Below, piece by piece: positions 13,449 to 26,794 of a stretch of 58,266 nucleotides of DNA; within the stretch, counting starts at the first letter, position 1, and each line of letters begins with the position of its first letter. The notes under the pieces are model-generated. The model worked only from the letters and a program-made list of their open reading frames with translations, had not been told where the DNA came from and made no database searches. This DNA is from an uncultured Bdellovibrionales bacterium (lineage in GTDB: Bacteria; Patescibacteriota; Minisyncoccia; Moranbacterales; UBA1568), in assembly GCA_964500505.1 (NCBI GenBank), contig CAZCNN010000004.1:1-58266 (forward strand), in the 5' to 3' direction. Position numbers and translations under genes: made by a program.

Positions 13449-13502
13449 ACCCTGTGTAATTCTGCCTCTGGCAGATCCAGGCTATGCCTGATTACACAGG
13501 GT
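13449..13502. repeat. 54-nt three-way inverted repeat overlapping the promoter of the amidase gene
   Basis: 12-bp perfect outer arms ACCCTGTGTAAT/ATTACACAGGGT. They enclose TCTGCC-TCT-GGCAGA and CAGGC-TAT-GCCTG. TATAAT (13504-13509) follows immediately. Confidence 0.6.
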
Positions 13503-13515
13503 GTATAATAGGGTC

Positions 13516-14289
13516 ATGGGACTCTTTGGACTCATCATGACACTCACCATCCTTGGGCTCGGCATGAGCTACTTCTACTTTGGTATGGGGCCGACGTCAC
13601 TCACGATTGAGAACGATACTCCCGCGCCGGCAGGTCTCGATCTTTATAATGATTTGAAGGAACAAGCGACTGATATCAAAGAGACCGAAGAAGAACGGGT
13701 AGAGGCCGAGATTGCTGCTCTTGAAGAAAATTTGAAACCAGAATCTTTGATTCAACCGAACGTAGCTGATCCTGCCCGCAGTGCTACGACAAGCGTTGCA
13801 GGCGGGGAAATGGAGGCCGAGAAAGAAGTTGATATTGTTGATCGTCTGATGAGCACCGGTTTTGCTGTGCCAGCGAAGGCGCGCACTATTGATACGATTG
13901 TCCTTCATTCGTCGTATAACTCCTTGGGCGGAGACCCGTATTCAGTCGAGAAGGTCGTCGCTATCTACGAGAGCTATGGTGTGAGTGCTCATTACCTCAT
14001 CGACCGGAGTGGCACCATATACCGCCTTGTCGCGGACCAGAATATCGCCTATCATGCTGGGGCGAGCAAGATGCCTGATGGTCGCAAGGATGTGAACAAC
14101 TTTTCTATCGGGATCGAAATCATGAATACAGAGGAGACAAGCTATACCAAGGCCCAGTACGAAGCGGTTAATACCCTTGTCGCTACCCTCAAGAAAAAGT
14201 ACACTATCAAAAACATCGTCGGCCACGCTGACATCGCCCCCGACCGCAAATCCGATCCCTGGAACTTTGATTGGAAGAAGTTGAAGTGA
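13516..14289 (+). CDS. N-acetylmuramoyl-L-alanine amidase (Amidase_2/PGRP fold) with an N-terminal TM anchor
   Basis: IDTIVLHSSY...VSAHYLIDRSGTIYRLV...AYHAG...NFSIGIEIMN...IVGHADIAPDRKSDPWNFDW. ATG 13516 lies exactly 7 nt after TATAAT, so the transcript is probably leaderless. Confidence 0.85.
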   Translation: MGLFGLIMTLTILGLGMSYFYFGMGPTSLTIENDTPAPAGLDLYNDLKEQATDIKETEEERVEAEIAALEENLKPESLIQPNVADPARSATTSVAGGEMEAEKEVDIVDRLMSTGFAVPAKARTIDTIVLHSSYNSLGGDPYSVEKVVAIYESYGVSAHYLIDRSGTIYRLVADQNIAYHAGASKMPDGRKDVNNFSIGIEIMNTEETSYTKAQYEAVNTLVATLKKKYTIKNIVGHADIAPDRKSDPWNFDWKKLK

Positions 14290-14438
14290 TGGAATCCAGG
14301 CAAATTGAAATTTTATAGAGTGGCGCACGCGTGGTCGAGTTTCAGAGCACACCATGTTGTAATAGTGACTCGGAGAACGAGGTTATAACAAGCCTTGTTT
14401 TTTTGCTGCCGAGACGAGAATAGCATTCGAACTAGGTA

Positions 14439-14467
14439 TTGACTTTGTATAGAAAAATATGTATTCT
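14439..14467 (+). promoter_or_regulatory. Putative promoter TTGACT-17-TATTCT
   Basis: TTGACT at 14439-14444 and TATTCT at 14462-14467. Confidence 0.45.
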
Positions 14468-14522
14468 ACGCAGTCCTTGAACTAAGGGCAAGCTCTTCAA
14501 CCAGACAAGAAAGGCATTGATC

Positions 14523-15056
14523 ATGAAAAACTCTTGTGATTACCTAGTCGGTGACCCACGTCGAGTTCAGGCAGTGGTCGGTGAGATAACAGGTGCTCTT
14601 TTGACCGAGCCTCTTTCGAGTGGCGGAGATCCAGACAAGATCAACCGGGCGTCGCGTGTCTTCGCAGAGGGCGGCTGGATAGTGCTCATCCTAAGCGAGT
14701 GGGGTGCTGGTCGGCATGTCAATCTTCGGGGCGCTACAGAGGGTACGCGTGTACCGTTCTACGTAGGAGACTTCTATATTGCCAAGTACCCTCCTGGTGC
14801 CAGGACGATTCGAGGGAATTTCCTCTTCGATATCGTGGCCGAACCAGAGCTCTTGTTGCCACTCAGTTATGTTTTTTTCTCACTTATCGAATTTCGTTTC
14901 AACGCCGGATTCATTGGCATTGACCTCTTAACCGAAACAGAAATCGATGACACGAGGCAACGCCTCAGTGAGCTCGTTCCGTCTCAGTTGACCAGCCAGA
15001 AGGGCTTGGAGCGACTGCTTAGGGCTTTGGATCAGCACGACCAGCGGGTGCAGTAA
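14523..15056 (+). CDS. Hypothetical protein (177 aa), no recognisable family
   Basis: ORF with a GAAAGG Shine-Dalgarno-like sequence 7 nt upstream of ATG 14523. No motif recognised. Confidence 0.5.
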   Translation: MKNSCDYLVGDPRRVQAVVGEITGALLTEPLSSGGDPDKINRASRVFAEGGWIVLILSEWGAGRHVNLRGATEGTRVPFYVGDFYIAKYPPGARTIRGNFLFDIVAEPELLLPLSYVFFSLIEFRFNAGFIGIDLLTETEIDDTRQRLSELVPSQLTSQKGLERLLRALDQHDQRVQ

Positions 15057-15224
15057 TTTCGGTGGACATCCCTTATCGGCAGCGCACGACCCACGGGCAC
15101 CGGCGCTTTTTTCTTTTCAAGATAGATGAGATACTACATATTGTAATGGTGCTTATTGAGAATTTTGAAATTGAGCATTGGTAATTGTTTGGAAATTAGA
15201 AATTGAAAATTGTAAATTCTGCCT

Positions 15225-15500
15225 ATGTCGTACGTATTCAAACTAAAATTAGAGAAAACGAAGTCCGAATTGGCTCTGATTGAAGATGGAACAGTCAAGG
15301 CGGTTCGGACCTGGCCCGAAGCCAGGGACATGGGGACCAAGGTGTTTGAAGCGATGGCCGAGATACTGAAGGGGGAGGGGATGCGACCAGAGGCGGTCTC
15401 AGAATTTGTGGTGGAGTCAGAGCTCCCTGATGTCTATACTTCGACGCGCATTGCCGAAACGATCAAAAAAGTGTATGCTTTTGGTGTGAAGCAGAAGTAA
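15225..15500 (+). CDS. Small protein resembling the N-terminal half of TsaB/YeaZ, degenerate (tentative)
   Basis: 91 aa. ELALIEDGTVKAV...ILKGEGMRPEAVSEFVVESELPDVYTSTRIAETIKKVYAF parallels the TsaB pattern (..ALl.dg.v....l...g....dl..ivv..GPGSYTGlRIg...ak.la). The GPGS motif is replaced by ELPD. Confidence 0.4.
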   Translation: MSYVFKLKLEKTKSELALIEDGTVKAVRTWPEARDMGTKVFEAMAEILKGEGMRPEAVSEFVVESELPDVYTSTRIAETIKKVYAFGVKQK

Positions 15501-15593
15501 GAGGGTTACCTCATGTGAAGTACCTTGTGGATCGTCAAAAAACCAATATATTTTTAAATGAGGGCCTATTTTGAGCCATTTTTTGGTTTCTGT

Positions 15594-15622
15594 TTGACAA
15601 GAAAAATAAAGGTTGTTACACT
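15594..15622 (+). promoter_or_regulatory. Putative rpoBC promoter TTGACA-17-TACACT
   Basis: TTGACA at 15594-15599 and TACACT at 15617-15622, about 270 nt upstream of the rpoB ATG. Confidence 0.5.
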
Positions 15623-15895
15623 GGTTTGTACTGTAGATTTGACTCTTCGAAAGGCCGAGAATTCTCCCTCGAGACCTCGATGAGTAAAGTGACTGACTTT
15701 TCTAGCCTCGAATCGCCTTTGGGTGCAAGGTCTATGGCGAGACCGAGAAGGAAATGACGGCTCTCAAAAGCAAAGCTAACATTTTCCAACCCAATGGAGC
15801 GGATCCACCTCCTATCCATAATCAAATAGTTTATCCGATAATCTCATCGGCCCTACTTGCGACCCAGCAAGGAGTGCGCCAGTGAGTGTCTTTTT

Positions 15896-19306
<3,411 letters not shown>

Positions 19307-19336
19307 CACCCTTTCATCCACATCAATCACAATTCT

Positions 19337-22300
19337 ATGGAAAACATTACAAAGGTGAGCGATTTCGACAGCGTGAGACTGACCCTCGCCAGTCCCGATC
19401 AGATCCTCAATTGGTCCAATGGTGAAGTCACCAAGCCAGAGACGATCAACTATCGCACCCAGCGCTACGAACCAGATGGTTTGTTCTGTGAAAAAATCTT
19501 CGGTCCATCCAAGGACTGGGAGTGCTACTGTGGCAAGTACAAGCGCATCCGCTACAACGGTATCGTCTGTGACAAGTGTGGTGTCGAAGTGACCCGCGCT
19601 ATCGTCCGCCGTGAGCGCATGGGCTATATCAAGCTTGCGACTCCGGTGTCCCACATCTGGTTCCTCCGCGGTGTTCCGTCCAAAATCGGACTCGTCCTCG
19701 GTATTTCTCCGCAGGATCTCGAGCGCGTCATCTACTTCTCCTCATACATCATCATGAGTGTGGACGAGAAGTTAAAGGAGCAGTCGCTTGATGCTCTCGA
19801 AAAGGAATACAAGAGCAAGCAGAAGGAAATGAAGGCCGCCGAGAAGAACGCGAAGAAGCTCGAAGAAGATCTCGAGGAATTGAAGGCCCAGTATCGTGAT
19901 ACCAAGGATGATATCAAGAACGTCCGCCCGTACCAGATCCTCTCTGAAGTGGAGTACTTCAACCTCTCAAGCCGATTCGGTCAGATCTTTACCGCTGGTA
20001 TCGGGGCCGAAGCGATTCGTAAGATTCTCGAGAAAATTGATATTCCTTCACAGGTCAAATTGTTGAAAGAGGAGCTTTCAACCGACGAATCCGTTGACCA
20101 AAAGAAGCTCTTGCAGCGTCTCAAGGTCTACCAGGGTTTTGAAAAGGCTAACCTCCGTCTCGAGTGGATGCTCCCAACTGCTATCCCGGTCATCCCACCC
20201 GATCTCCGTCCGATGGTGGCTCTCGATGGTGGCCGATTTGCGACCTCTGACCTGAACGATCTCTACCGCCGTATCATCAACCGCAACAACCGTTTGAAGA
20301 AGCTCATGTCGATTGGTGCTCCAGAAGTCATCACGCGCAACGAAAAGCGTATGCTCCAGGAGGCTGTCGACGCCCTCTTCGACAACTCGGCTCGTCGTGG
20401 ACAGGCTTCGACCGCTGCCTCAACCGGTCAGCGCCGGGCGCTTCGCTCGCTTGCTGATGCCTTGAAGGGCAAGCAGGGACGGTTCCGTCAGAACCTCCTC
20501 GGGAAGCGTGTCGACTACTCTGGACGTTCGGTTATCGTCGTTGGTCCCAAGCTCAAGCTCCACCAGTGTGGTTTGCCGAAGAAGATGGCCCTCGAACTCT
20601 TCAAACCGTTTATCATCAACAAGCTCATCACCAAAGAATACGCCCACAACGTCCGCACCGCTGGTCGGATGGTGGATGCTGAGACCGAAGAGGCCTACGA
20701 AATCCTCGACGAAATCATCGAGCACCACTACGTACTCCTAAACCGTGCACCGACCCTCCATCGTCTGTCGATTCAGGCGTTCCAGCCAGTCCTCATCGAA
20801 GGAAAGGCTATCCGCCTCCACCCGATGGTGTGTAGCGCCTTCAATGCTGACTTCGATGGTGACCAGATGGCCGTCCACGTACCACTTACCGATCAGGCTC
20901 GTCACGAAAGTGCGACCATCATGCTCTCGTCCAAGAACCTCTTGAAGCCTGCTTCTGGAGAGCCGATTGTCTCCGCGACCCTCGATATGGTGCTCGGTGC
21001 CTACTACCTGACTCATCTCAAAGATGGTCAGAAAGGGGAGGGCAAAGCGTTTGGTACCATGGACGAGGCTATCCTCGCCTACCAGAACCGCATCGTGGCC
21101 GTCAATGCCAAAGTGAAACTCTCGTTCCAGGGCAAGCTCATTGAGACCTCGGTCGGACGGATCCTCTTAAATGACATCCTCCCAGAGAGTCTGCGTTTCG
21201 TGAACGAAGAAATGACCAAGAAGGACTTGAAGGTACTCATGTCGCGTATCCTCGAAAATCTCGGTCAGGACGAAGCCGCCAAGTTTGCTGATCGCATGAA
21301 GGACCTGACCTTCAAGGCAGCGTCGAAGTCTGCTATCAGCTGGGGCATGAATGATCTTATTGTTCCAGAAGAGAAGGCTGAGCTCGTGGCTGCAGCTGAA
21401 GTGCGCATCACCGAGGTCAAGAACCAGTACAACATGGGACTCCTGACGAACGATGAACGCAAGAACCGCGTGATCGAAATCTGGAACGAAACCAAGAACA
21501 AGATTACCGACGCCGTCCGTCTCCACCTCGACAAAGAGGGTCCCGTCTACGCCATGATCTACTCCAAGGCTCGTGGATCGGAATCCGTCGTTGTACAGAT
21601 GACTGGTATGAAGGGTCTCATGGCTGGTCCGACCGGTGAGACGATCGAACTCCCAGTCAAGAGCTCCTTCAAAGAAGGATTCAACGTTCTTGAATACTTC
21701 ATCTCGACTCACGGTGCTCGTAAGGGTATGGCTGATACCGCCCTCCGTACCGCGACTGCTGGATACCTCACTCGCCGTCTCGTAGATGTGTCTCAGGACA
21801 TCATCGTCCGCGAAGAGGACTGTCAGGATACCGAAGGGACCTACCTCTACCGTGAAGACTCTGACGCTATCGGTCAGAACTATGGCAGTCGTATCGAGGG
21901 TCGTGTGACCGTCGAAGCGATCAAGGATCCGGTGACCAAGGAAGTGCTCGTCAAGAAGGGTGTCCTTATCAATCGGGAACAGGGCAAAGTCGTCGAAGCC
22001 AACAAGGCCATTACCAAGGTCAAGATTCGCTCGCTCGTCGCCTGTAAGTCTCGTCGTGGTGTCTGTCGCCTCTGCTACGGTACCGACCTCGGTCGCAGTG
22101 CCTTGGTAGAACTCGGGGCTTCCGTCGGTGTCGTCGCCGCTCAGGCTATCGGTGAACCAGGAACTCAGCTGACCATGCGTACGTTCCACGTCGGTGGTGT
22201 GGCCGGATCCGACATCACCCAGGGTCTCCCACGTGTCGAAGAAATCTTTGAGGCTCGTACCCCAAAGACCGAGGGTATCCTCTCTGAGGTAGATGGTCAG

Positions 22301-22933
22301 GTGAAGACTATCGCTCGTGATAGTGCCAAGGTAGTCAAGATCACGGTGATCGACAACGACCGCAAGGAGCATGAGTACCAGGTCCCGCAGAACGTTACCT
22401 TGAAGGTCAAAGAAGGTGATCTCGTGTCGGTCGGTATGGCGCTCTCTGAGGGCCACCTCGACCTCCGTAAGCTCTTTACCATCATGGGTGAAGAGGCCGT
22501 GCATCGCTACATCATTCGTGAAATCGAAGAGATCTATGCGACGCAGGGTGAAGCCATCAATGACAAGCACATCGAAGTAATCATCCGTCAGATGATGTCA
22601 CGTATCCGCGTGGCTGACCCGGGTGATACGCTTCTCCTCCCAGGTGATATCGTCGAAAAGGACCAGTTCCTCGAAGCGAACGAAGAAGCTCTCGAGAAGA
22701 AGGGTCGGGAGGCCGTTGGCGAGGCCATGGTCTTGGGTATTACCAAGGTCGCCCTCTCTACCGAGTCCTTCCTCTCCGCCGCCTCGTTTATGGAGACCGC
22801 GCGCGTCCTCATCAACGCTGCTGTCGCTGGCAAGGAAGACCGTCTGCGTGGGCTCAAGGAGAACGTCATCATCGGACGTCTCATCCCCGCCGGTACTGGC
22901 TATCGTGGTCTCGATGTGAACAAGAAGGACTAA
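19337..22933 (+). CDS. rpoC: DNA-directed RNA polymerase subunit beta'
   Basis: Zn finger [23 protein letters not shown], catalytic [15 protein letters not shown], bridge and trigger regions ([26 protein letters not shown]). Confidence 0.98.
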   Translation: MENITKVSDFDSVRLTLASPDQILNWSNGEVTKPETINYRTQRYEPDGLFCEKIFGPSKDWECYCGKYKRIRYNGIVCDKCGVEVTRAIVRRERMGYIKLATPVSHIWFLRGVPSKIGLVLGISPQDLERVIYFSSYIIMSVDEKLKEQSLDALEKEYKSKQKEMKAAEKNAKKLEEDLEELKAQYRDTKDDIKNVRPYQILSEVEYFNLSSRFGQIFTAGIGAEAIRKILEKIDIPSQVKLLKEELSTDESVDQKKLLQRLKVYQGFEKANLRLEWMLPTAIPVIPPDLRPMVALDGGRFATSDLNDLYRRIINRNNRLKKLMSIGAPEVITRNEKRMLQEAVDALFDNSARRGQASTAASTGQRRALRSLADALKGKQGRFRQNLLGKRVDYSGRSVIVVGPKLKLHQCGLPKKMALELFKPFIINKLITKEYAHNVRTAGRMVDAETEEAYEILDEIIEHHYVLLNRAPTLHRLSIQAFQPVLIEGKAIRLHPMVCSAFNADFDGDQMAVHVPLTDQARHESATIMLSSKNLLKPASGEPIVSATLDMVLGAYYLTHLKDGQKGEGKAFGTMDEAILAYQNRIVAVNAKVKLSFQGKLIETSVGRILLNDILPESLRFVNEEMTKKDLKVLMSRILENLGQDEAAKFADRMKDLTFKAASKSAISWGMNDLIVPEEKAELVAAAEVRITEVKNQYNMGLLTNDERKNRVIEIWNETKNKITDAVRLHLDKEGPVYAMIYSKARGSESVVVQMTGMKGLMAGPTGETIELPVKSSFKEGFNVLEYFISTHGARKGMADTALRTATAGYLTRRLVDVSQDIIVREEDCQDTEGTYLYREDSDAIGQNYGSRIEGRVTVEAIKDPVTKEVLVKKGVLINREQGKVVEANKAITKVKIRSLVACKSRRGVCRLCYGTDLGRSALVELGASVGVVAAQAIGEPGTQLTMRTFHVGGVAGSDITQGLPRVEEIFEARTPKTEGILSEVDGQVKTIARDSAKVVKITVIDNDRKEHEYQVPQNVTLKVKEGDLVSVGMALSEGHLDLRKLFTIMGEEAVHRYIIREIEEIYATQGEAINDKHIEVIIRQMMSRIRVADPGDTLLLPGDIVEKDQFLEANEEALEKKGREAVGEAMVLGITKVALSTESFLSAASFMETARVLINAAVAGKEDRLRGLKENVIIGRLIPAGTGYRGLDVNKKD

Positions 22934-22960
22934 TCCAGTTTGTTGCGTCGTGCCTCCAAA

Positions 22961-22989
22961 AACACCCTCTGTACAAGAGGGTGTTTTTG
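22961..22989 (+). terminator. rpoC terminator
   Basis: AACACCCTC-TGTACAA-GAGGGTGTT followed by TTTG. Confidence 0.75.
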
Positions 22990-23035
22990 TGCTATAATGA
23001 AATATATAACGGGTCGAAAGGCCCGTTTTTCTTTT
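22990..23035 (+). promoter_or_regulatory. Extended -10 box (TGCTATAAT) followed within 11 nt by a GAAA-tetraloop hairpin and T-run
   Basis: TATAAT at 22993-22998. ACGGGTC-GAAA-GGCCCGT (23009-23026) followed by TTTTTCTTTT. Confidence 0.4.
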
Positions 23036-23088
23036 GGCAAACCAGGAAAAGGATATATACTAAAGAAAAATAATACAAATGATTCCTT

Positions 23089-23286
23089 ATGCGCGGACCA
23101 GAATCCCCCTTGGTAGACATTAATCTCGATGAGCTTGAGGCTACGGCGCGCGCGGAGAAGGTAGCTTCAGCGCCTGTAGTTATCCAGGAAAGAAATAGGG
23201 AGATGGCCCCTGCTGAACGCCTCGCCTCTGAAATGGCAAAACAGAGGGAATATATTTCCAAAAGAGCTATTGAAACCATTGTATGA
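23089..23286 (+). CDS. Possible small hypothetical protein (65 aa)
   Basis: Only an ORF. No Shine-Dalgarno sequence and no recognisable motif. Confidence 0.2.
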   Translation: MRGPESPLVDINLDELEATARAEKVASAPVVIQERNREMAPAERLASEMAKQREYISKRAIETIV

Positions 23287-23477
23287 AAGGAGAGTAAAAC
23301 TTGATCCGCCAACGGAGGGAACTTATACCGGGATAGGCGCTCGTCAACAGGCACAAATTGAAAGTCTCCTGGATGAGCACGCTGGGATTAAGCCGATGCC
23401 AAGGGTGGGTGGCGCAGATGAGACACCGGGCACGCCCGTGCTATAATGGGGTTACTATTGGTTGGTTAAGAACATTT

Positions 23478-25856
23478 ATGGGACGAAAGAAAAAAACACC
23501 AGGAAAAAAAGAAAGTAGCGAAGAAGAGGGGTTCAACTGGGAAGAAATACTCCATAGCGATGCCAAGCGTAGCATCGCGGCGGTTTTTTTGTTTGCGCTT
23601 TCTGTCCTTTTTCTTTTGGGATACTTTGATGCGGCCGGTGTGCTCGGCGAGTGGATTGACCGGGGACTCGGGATGATGCTCGGGTTCGGCAAGTGGCTCC
23701 TCCCGCTCGTCCTCCTCGCGGCAGCCCTTATGTTCCTCAAGCGCCGGACCACGACACTCGCCGATGCGGTCAAGTTCGTGGGCTTGGCGGTGGGCTTTGT
23801 ATCACTCCTTGGACTGCTCCATCTCTACAGTGGCGATACCACCAAAGAAATGCTCAAAGTGGCCGAGAATGGTGGAGGCGGGGGTTATGTCGGCTTTGGT
23901 TTGGCCTACCTCCTCATGAAGTTTACCGGGATGATCGCCGGGACTATCATCAGTATCGCTCTCTTTGCAGTCGGGATGATAGCTGCTTTCAATGTGTCGC
24001 TCGTCCATACCTTTGAGCGGACTATGGCCCGCTTCCAGAAGACGCCAGAAGAGGGCGCAGAAGAAGTGGAGGAAGAAGAGACAGAGACTGAGACTCCTGC
24101 TCCCACAACGCTTCTTTCTTCACCGCTCGCCGATGAACCAGTAGAGGAAGTCGCAGTGCCGGACACAGCGCTCATGGAAAACAACATTAGTAAGATTGAA
24201 TTCCATGACGAAGAGCCAGCCAAAGAAGAGGCTGGAGAAGCGGAGGAAGAGATGGTCACCGTTCCAGCGTTTATCCGTCCCAAGCGCTCACTTCGGAAGC
24301 ATGCCTATCAGTGGGAGCTCCCCCCAGTCGACCTCCTGGAGTCTACCTCGGGACAAGCAGTGGGTGGCGACACGGAGCGGAACAAGCATATCATCCAGAG
24401 TACACTTAAGCACTTCGGCATTGACGTGGAGCCAGGTGAAGTCCGGATTGGGCCGACCGTCACCCAGTACACCTTTCGGCCAGCCTTTGGCGTGAAATTG
24501 ACGCGCATCACGGCCTTAAATAGTGACCTCGCCCTTGCGCTCGCAGCCAAGTCTATCCGTATCGAGGCACCAATCCCAGGCCAATCGCTTATCGGGATTG
24601 AGGTGCCGAACCAGTCTGTTGCGACCGTCCGACTCAAGGCCGTGCTTGAGAGTGAAGAATGGAAGAAGCGACGCTCGGATCTGATGGTAGTCCTTGGTGA
24701 GGATGTCGCGGGCAATCATATCTTTGCTGACCTCGCCAAGATGCCCCACGTGCTCATCGCCGGTCGCACCGGATCCGGGAAGAGTGTGTGTATGAATACC
24801 TTCCTCCTGTCGCTCCTCTATCAGAACTCCCCAGAGGATCTCCAGCTCATTCTCGTCGATCCGAAGCGCGTATCGTTTTCTCGATATCGAGGGGTGCCTC
24901 ACCTGAAGACGCCGGTTATTGTAGAAAACAAAAAGGTGGTGAACGTCCTCCGTTGGGCGGCGGGTCAGATGGATCATCGGTACAAGGTGCTCGAAGAAGC
25001 CCGGGTCCAAGATATCGAGAGCTATCACGCTGAGTCAGAAAAGGGCACGAAGCGTCGGATTGTGGACGCCGAGACCGGCCGAGTGACCGAAGAAGCGCTC
25101 CCCCTGATGCCCTATATCGTCATCATGATTGATGAGATGGCTGATCTCATGGCGACTCACGGCAAAGAAGTGGAGTCCTTGGTGGTTCGGTTGGCATCGC
25201 TCTCGCGCGCGGTTGGTATCCACCTCGTCCTCGCCACCCAGCGTCCTGAAGCAACCGTCATTACCGGTCTCATCAAGGCCAACATCCCAGCCCGTATCTC
25301 GTTTCAGCTCAAGAGTCAGATCGACTCACGCACTATTCTCGATACTGGTGGAGCCGAGAAGCTCCTCGGTAATGGCGATATGCTCTACTCAGCTGCTGAT
25401 GGCAAAGAGATGAAGCGTATCCAGGGCGTGTTTGTCTCTGATGATGAGGTGAAACGCGTGACATCGTTTCTTGAGAAACAAAAAGAGGCTCGTGGTGAAG
25501 ATGAGACCGAAGACGACCTCGGCGAAGAGGAGCCGGATGGGATTACACTCGCCATGGACGCTATGGACGATGGATCCAAGCAAGACGATCTCTATGATGA
25601 GGTGAAACGTATTGTGATTCAGTCTGGGCGCGCTTCGACCACCAACCTCCAGACGACGTTTGGTATCGGTTATCCTCGGGCCGCTCGCCTCATGCATCTC
25701 CTCGAAGAAAATGGCGTCATCGGAGTCGTCGATGGTAAGAAAAAGGTGCTTCTCGGCAAGGCCGATGGAGATACCCCGACCATAGAATCTGAGGCCAAGG
25801 AATATGGCGATGATCCACTCGCTGACCAAGCCGAACGGGACAAGTGGCAGGCCTAA
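23478..25856 (+). CDS. ftsK: DNA translocase FtsK/SpoIIIE
   Basis: N-terminal TM segments, acidic linker, motor domain with Walker A GRTGSGKSV and IVIMIDEMADLM, C-terminal gamma winged helix (YDEVKRIVIQSGRASTTNLQTTFGIGYPRAARLM). ATG 23478 lies downstream of TGCTATAAT (23439-23447). Confidence 0.95.
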   Translation: MGRKKKTPGKKESSEEEGFNWEEILHSDAKRSIAAVFLFALSVLFLLGYFDAAGVLGEWIDRGLGMMLGFGKWLLPLVLLAAALMFLKRRTTTLADAVKFVGLAVGFVSLLGLLHLYSGDTTKEMLKVAENGGGGGYVGFGLAYLLMKFTGMIAGTIISIALFAVGMIAAFNVSLVHTFERTMARFQKTPEEGAEEVEEEETETETPAPTTLLSSPLADEPVEEVAVPDTALMENNISKIEFHDEEPAKEEAGEAEEEMVTVPAFIRPKRSLRKHAYQWELPPVDLLESTSGQAVGGDTERNKHIIQSTLKHFGIDVEPGEVRIGPTVTQYTFRPAFGVKLTRITALNSDLALALAAKSIRIEAPIPGQSLIGIEVPNQSVATVRLKAVLESEEWKKRRSDLMVVLGEDVAGNHIFADLAKMPHVLIAGRTGSGKSVCMNTFLLSLLYQNSPEDLQLILVDPKRVSFSRYRGVPHLKTPVIVENKKVVNVLRWAAGQMDHRYKVLEEARVQDIESYHAESEKGTKRRIVDAETGRVTEEALPLMPYIVIMIDEMADLMATHGKEVESLVVRLASLSRAVGIHLVLATQRPEATVITGLIKANIPARISFQLKSQIDSRTILDTGGAEKLLGNGDMLYSAADGKEMKRIQGVFVSDDEVKRVTSFLEKQKEARGEDETEDDLGEEEPDGITLAMDAMDDGSKQDDLYDEVKRIVIQSGRASTTNLQTTFGIGYPRAARLMHLLEENGVIGVVDGKKKVLLGKADGDTPTIESEAKEYGDDPLADQAERDKWQA

Positions 25857-25866
25857 CTAACCAGGA

Positions 25867-25896
25867 AAAGCCTCCTAGTAGAGGCTTTTTTCTTTT
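25867..25896 (+). terminator. ftsK terminator
   Basis: AAAGCCTC-CTAGTA-GAGGCTTT followed by TTTCTTTT. Confidence 0.75.
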
Positions 25897-25936
25897 GTTT
25901 GAGCGAGCGTATCGAGAGTGCTATACTACGAGGCAT

Positions 25937-26674
25937 ATGGTGCAATCTGGATTTACACGAAAGAAAGTTGAGTCCCTCACTCTGGGTGAAAAGCTCCGCA
26001 AACTGCGGATGGATTTTCGTATGAGCCTCCAGGACGTATCCAAGTCGACCCGGATTCAGGCCAAATATCTGGAAGCCCTCGAAAATGGTGCCTACGAGCT
26101 CCTCCCGGCTGATGTCTATGTCCGGGGGTTCCTCCGGAGTTATGCCCGTTACCTCAATATTGATGAGCAGGCGCTTGTCAAACTTTATGAGCGGGAGCGG
26201 AACATCCAAGAAAACCTGGGTCAGGATCATACGCGGCCGACCACCCATGGCTTTACGCCACTGTCGTTTGTCATCACCTCACGGACGCTCGTCGTCGGGC
26301 TGATCGGGCTCCTCGTCTTTGGCGCGTTTTTTTATCTCTACCGAGAGTTTCGGAGTTTTGCTGCTGAGCCAGCTCTGGTCATCCTCGAGCCCCAAAATGG
26401 TGCTGTGGTGGAAGGTGAGGAAATCGTGGTGCGAGGCAAGACCGACAAGGGGGCCCAGGTGACCCTCAATGATCAGAATATATTTGTCGATACCGATGGG
26501 CTTTTTTCTGACAAGCTCTTCCTTCGGGCCGGGATGAATACGATTACGGTCCGGACGCTCAATCGTTTTGACAAGGAGAAAACGGCGACGGTGACAATAG
26601 AATCACGACGGCCGGTACTTGAAGTGGTGCCACAAATTGAGTCGATACCGCCACCCATAGAGCCAACGAACTAG
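25937..26674 (+). CDS. RodZ-like helix-turn-helix membrane protein
   Basis: HTH segment LTLGEKLRKLRMDFRMSLQDVSKSTRIQAKYLEALENG, then YVRGFLRSYARYL, one TM segment and a C-terminal beta-rich domain. ATG lies 10 nt after TGCTATACT. Confidence 0.75.
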   Translation: MVQSGFTRKKVESLTLGEKLRKLRMDFRMSLQDVSKSTRIQAKYLEALENGAYELLPADVYVRGFLRSYARYLNIDEQALVKLYERERNIQENLGQDHTRPTTHGFTPLSFVITSRTLVVGLIGLLVFGAFFYLYREFRSFAAEPALVILEPQNGAVVEGEEIVVRGKTDKGAQVTLNDQNIFVDTDGLFSDKLFLRAGMNTITVRTLNRFDKEKTATVTIESRRPVLEVVPQIESIPPPIEPTN

Positions 26675-26794
26675 ACAGGGTGTATCGTGTATGATAGTAT
26701 GAATGTAGAGTAAACTACAACACCAAAAGAGATACTCCTCAGGAGGTGAAGTAGCGTACCATTTGGGTGTCAGAGTAAATATAAATATACGCTT

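Noticed and set aside
21167-22570. 467-aa minus-strand ORF, and similar ones at 16445-17128, 17843-18466 and 18683-19654
   Set aside because: Shadow ORFs antisense to rpoB/rpoC. They show the biased composition (D/V/L/G-rich) expected from the reverse complement of GAN/NTC-rich coding sequence.
23358-23477. Upstream extensions of ftsK (23358), the rodZ-like gene (25844), the DUF4012 gene (10424), rpoB (15857) and others given by the longest-ORF track
   Set aside because: Each extension starts at TTG/GTG, runs through a -10 box or terminator, and adds non-homologous residues before a canonical N-terminus.
26741-26749. The strong AGGAGGTGA upstream of recA as an alternative recA start signal
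   Set aside because: No in-frame start codon lies within 5-12 nt. ATG 26795 is 46 nt downstream. The sequence is part of a small CTCC-TCA-GGAG palindrome.
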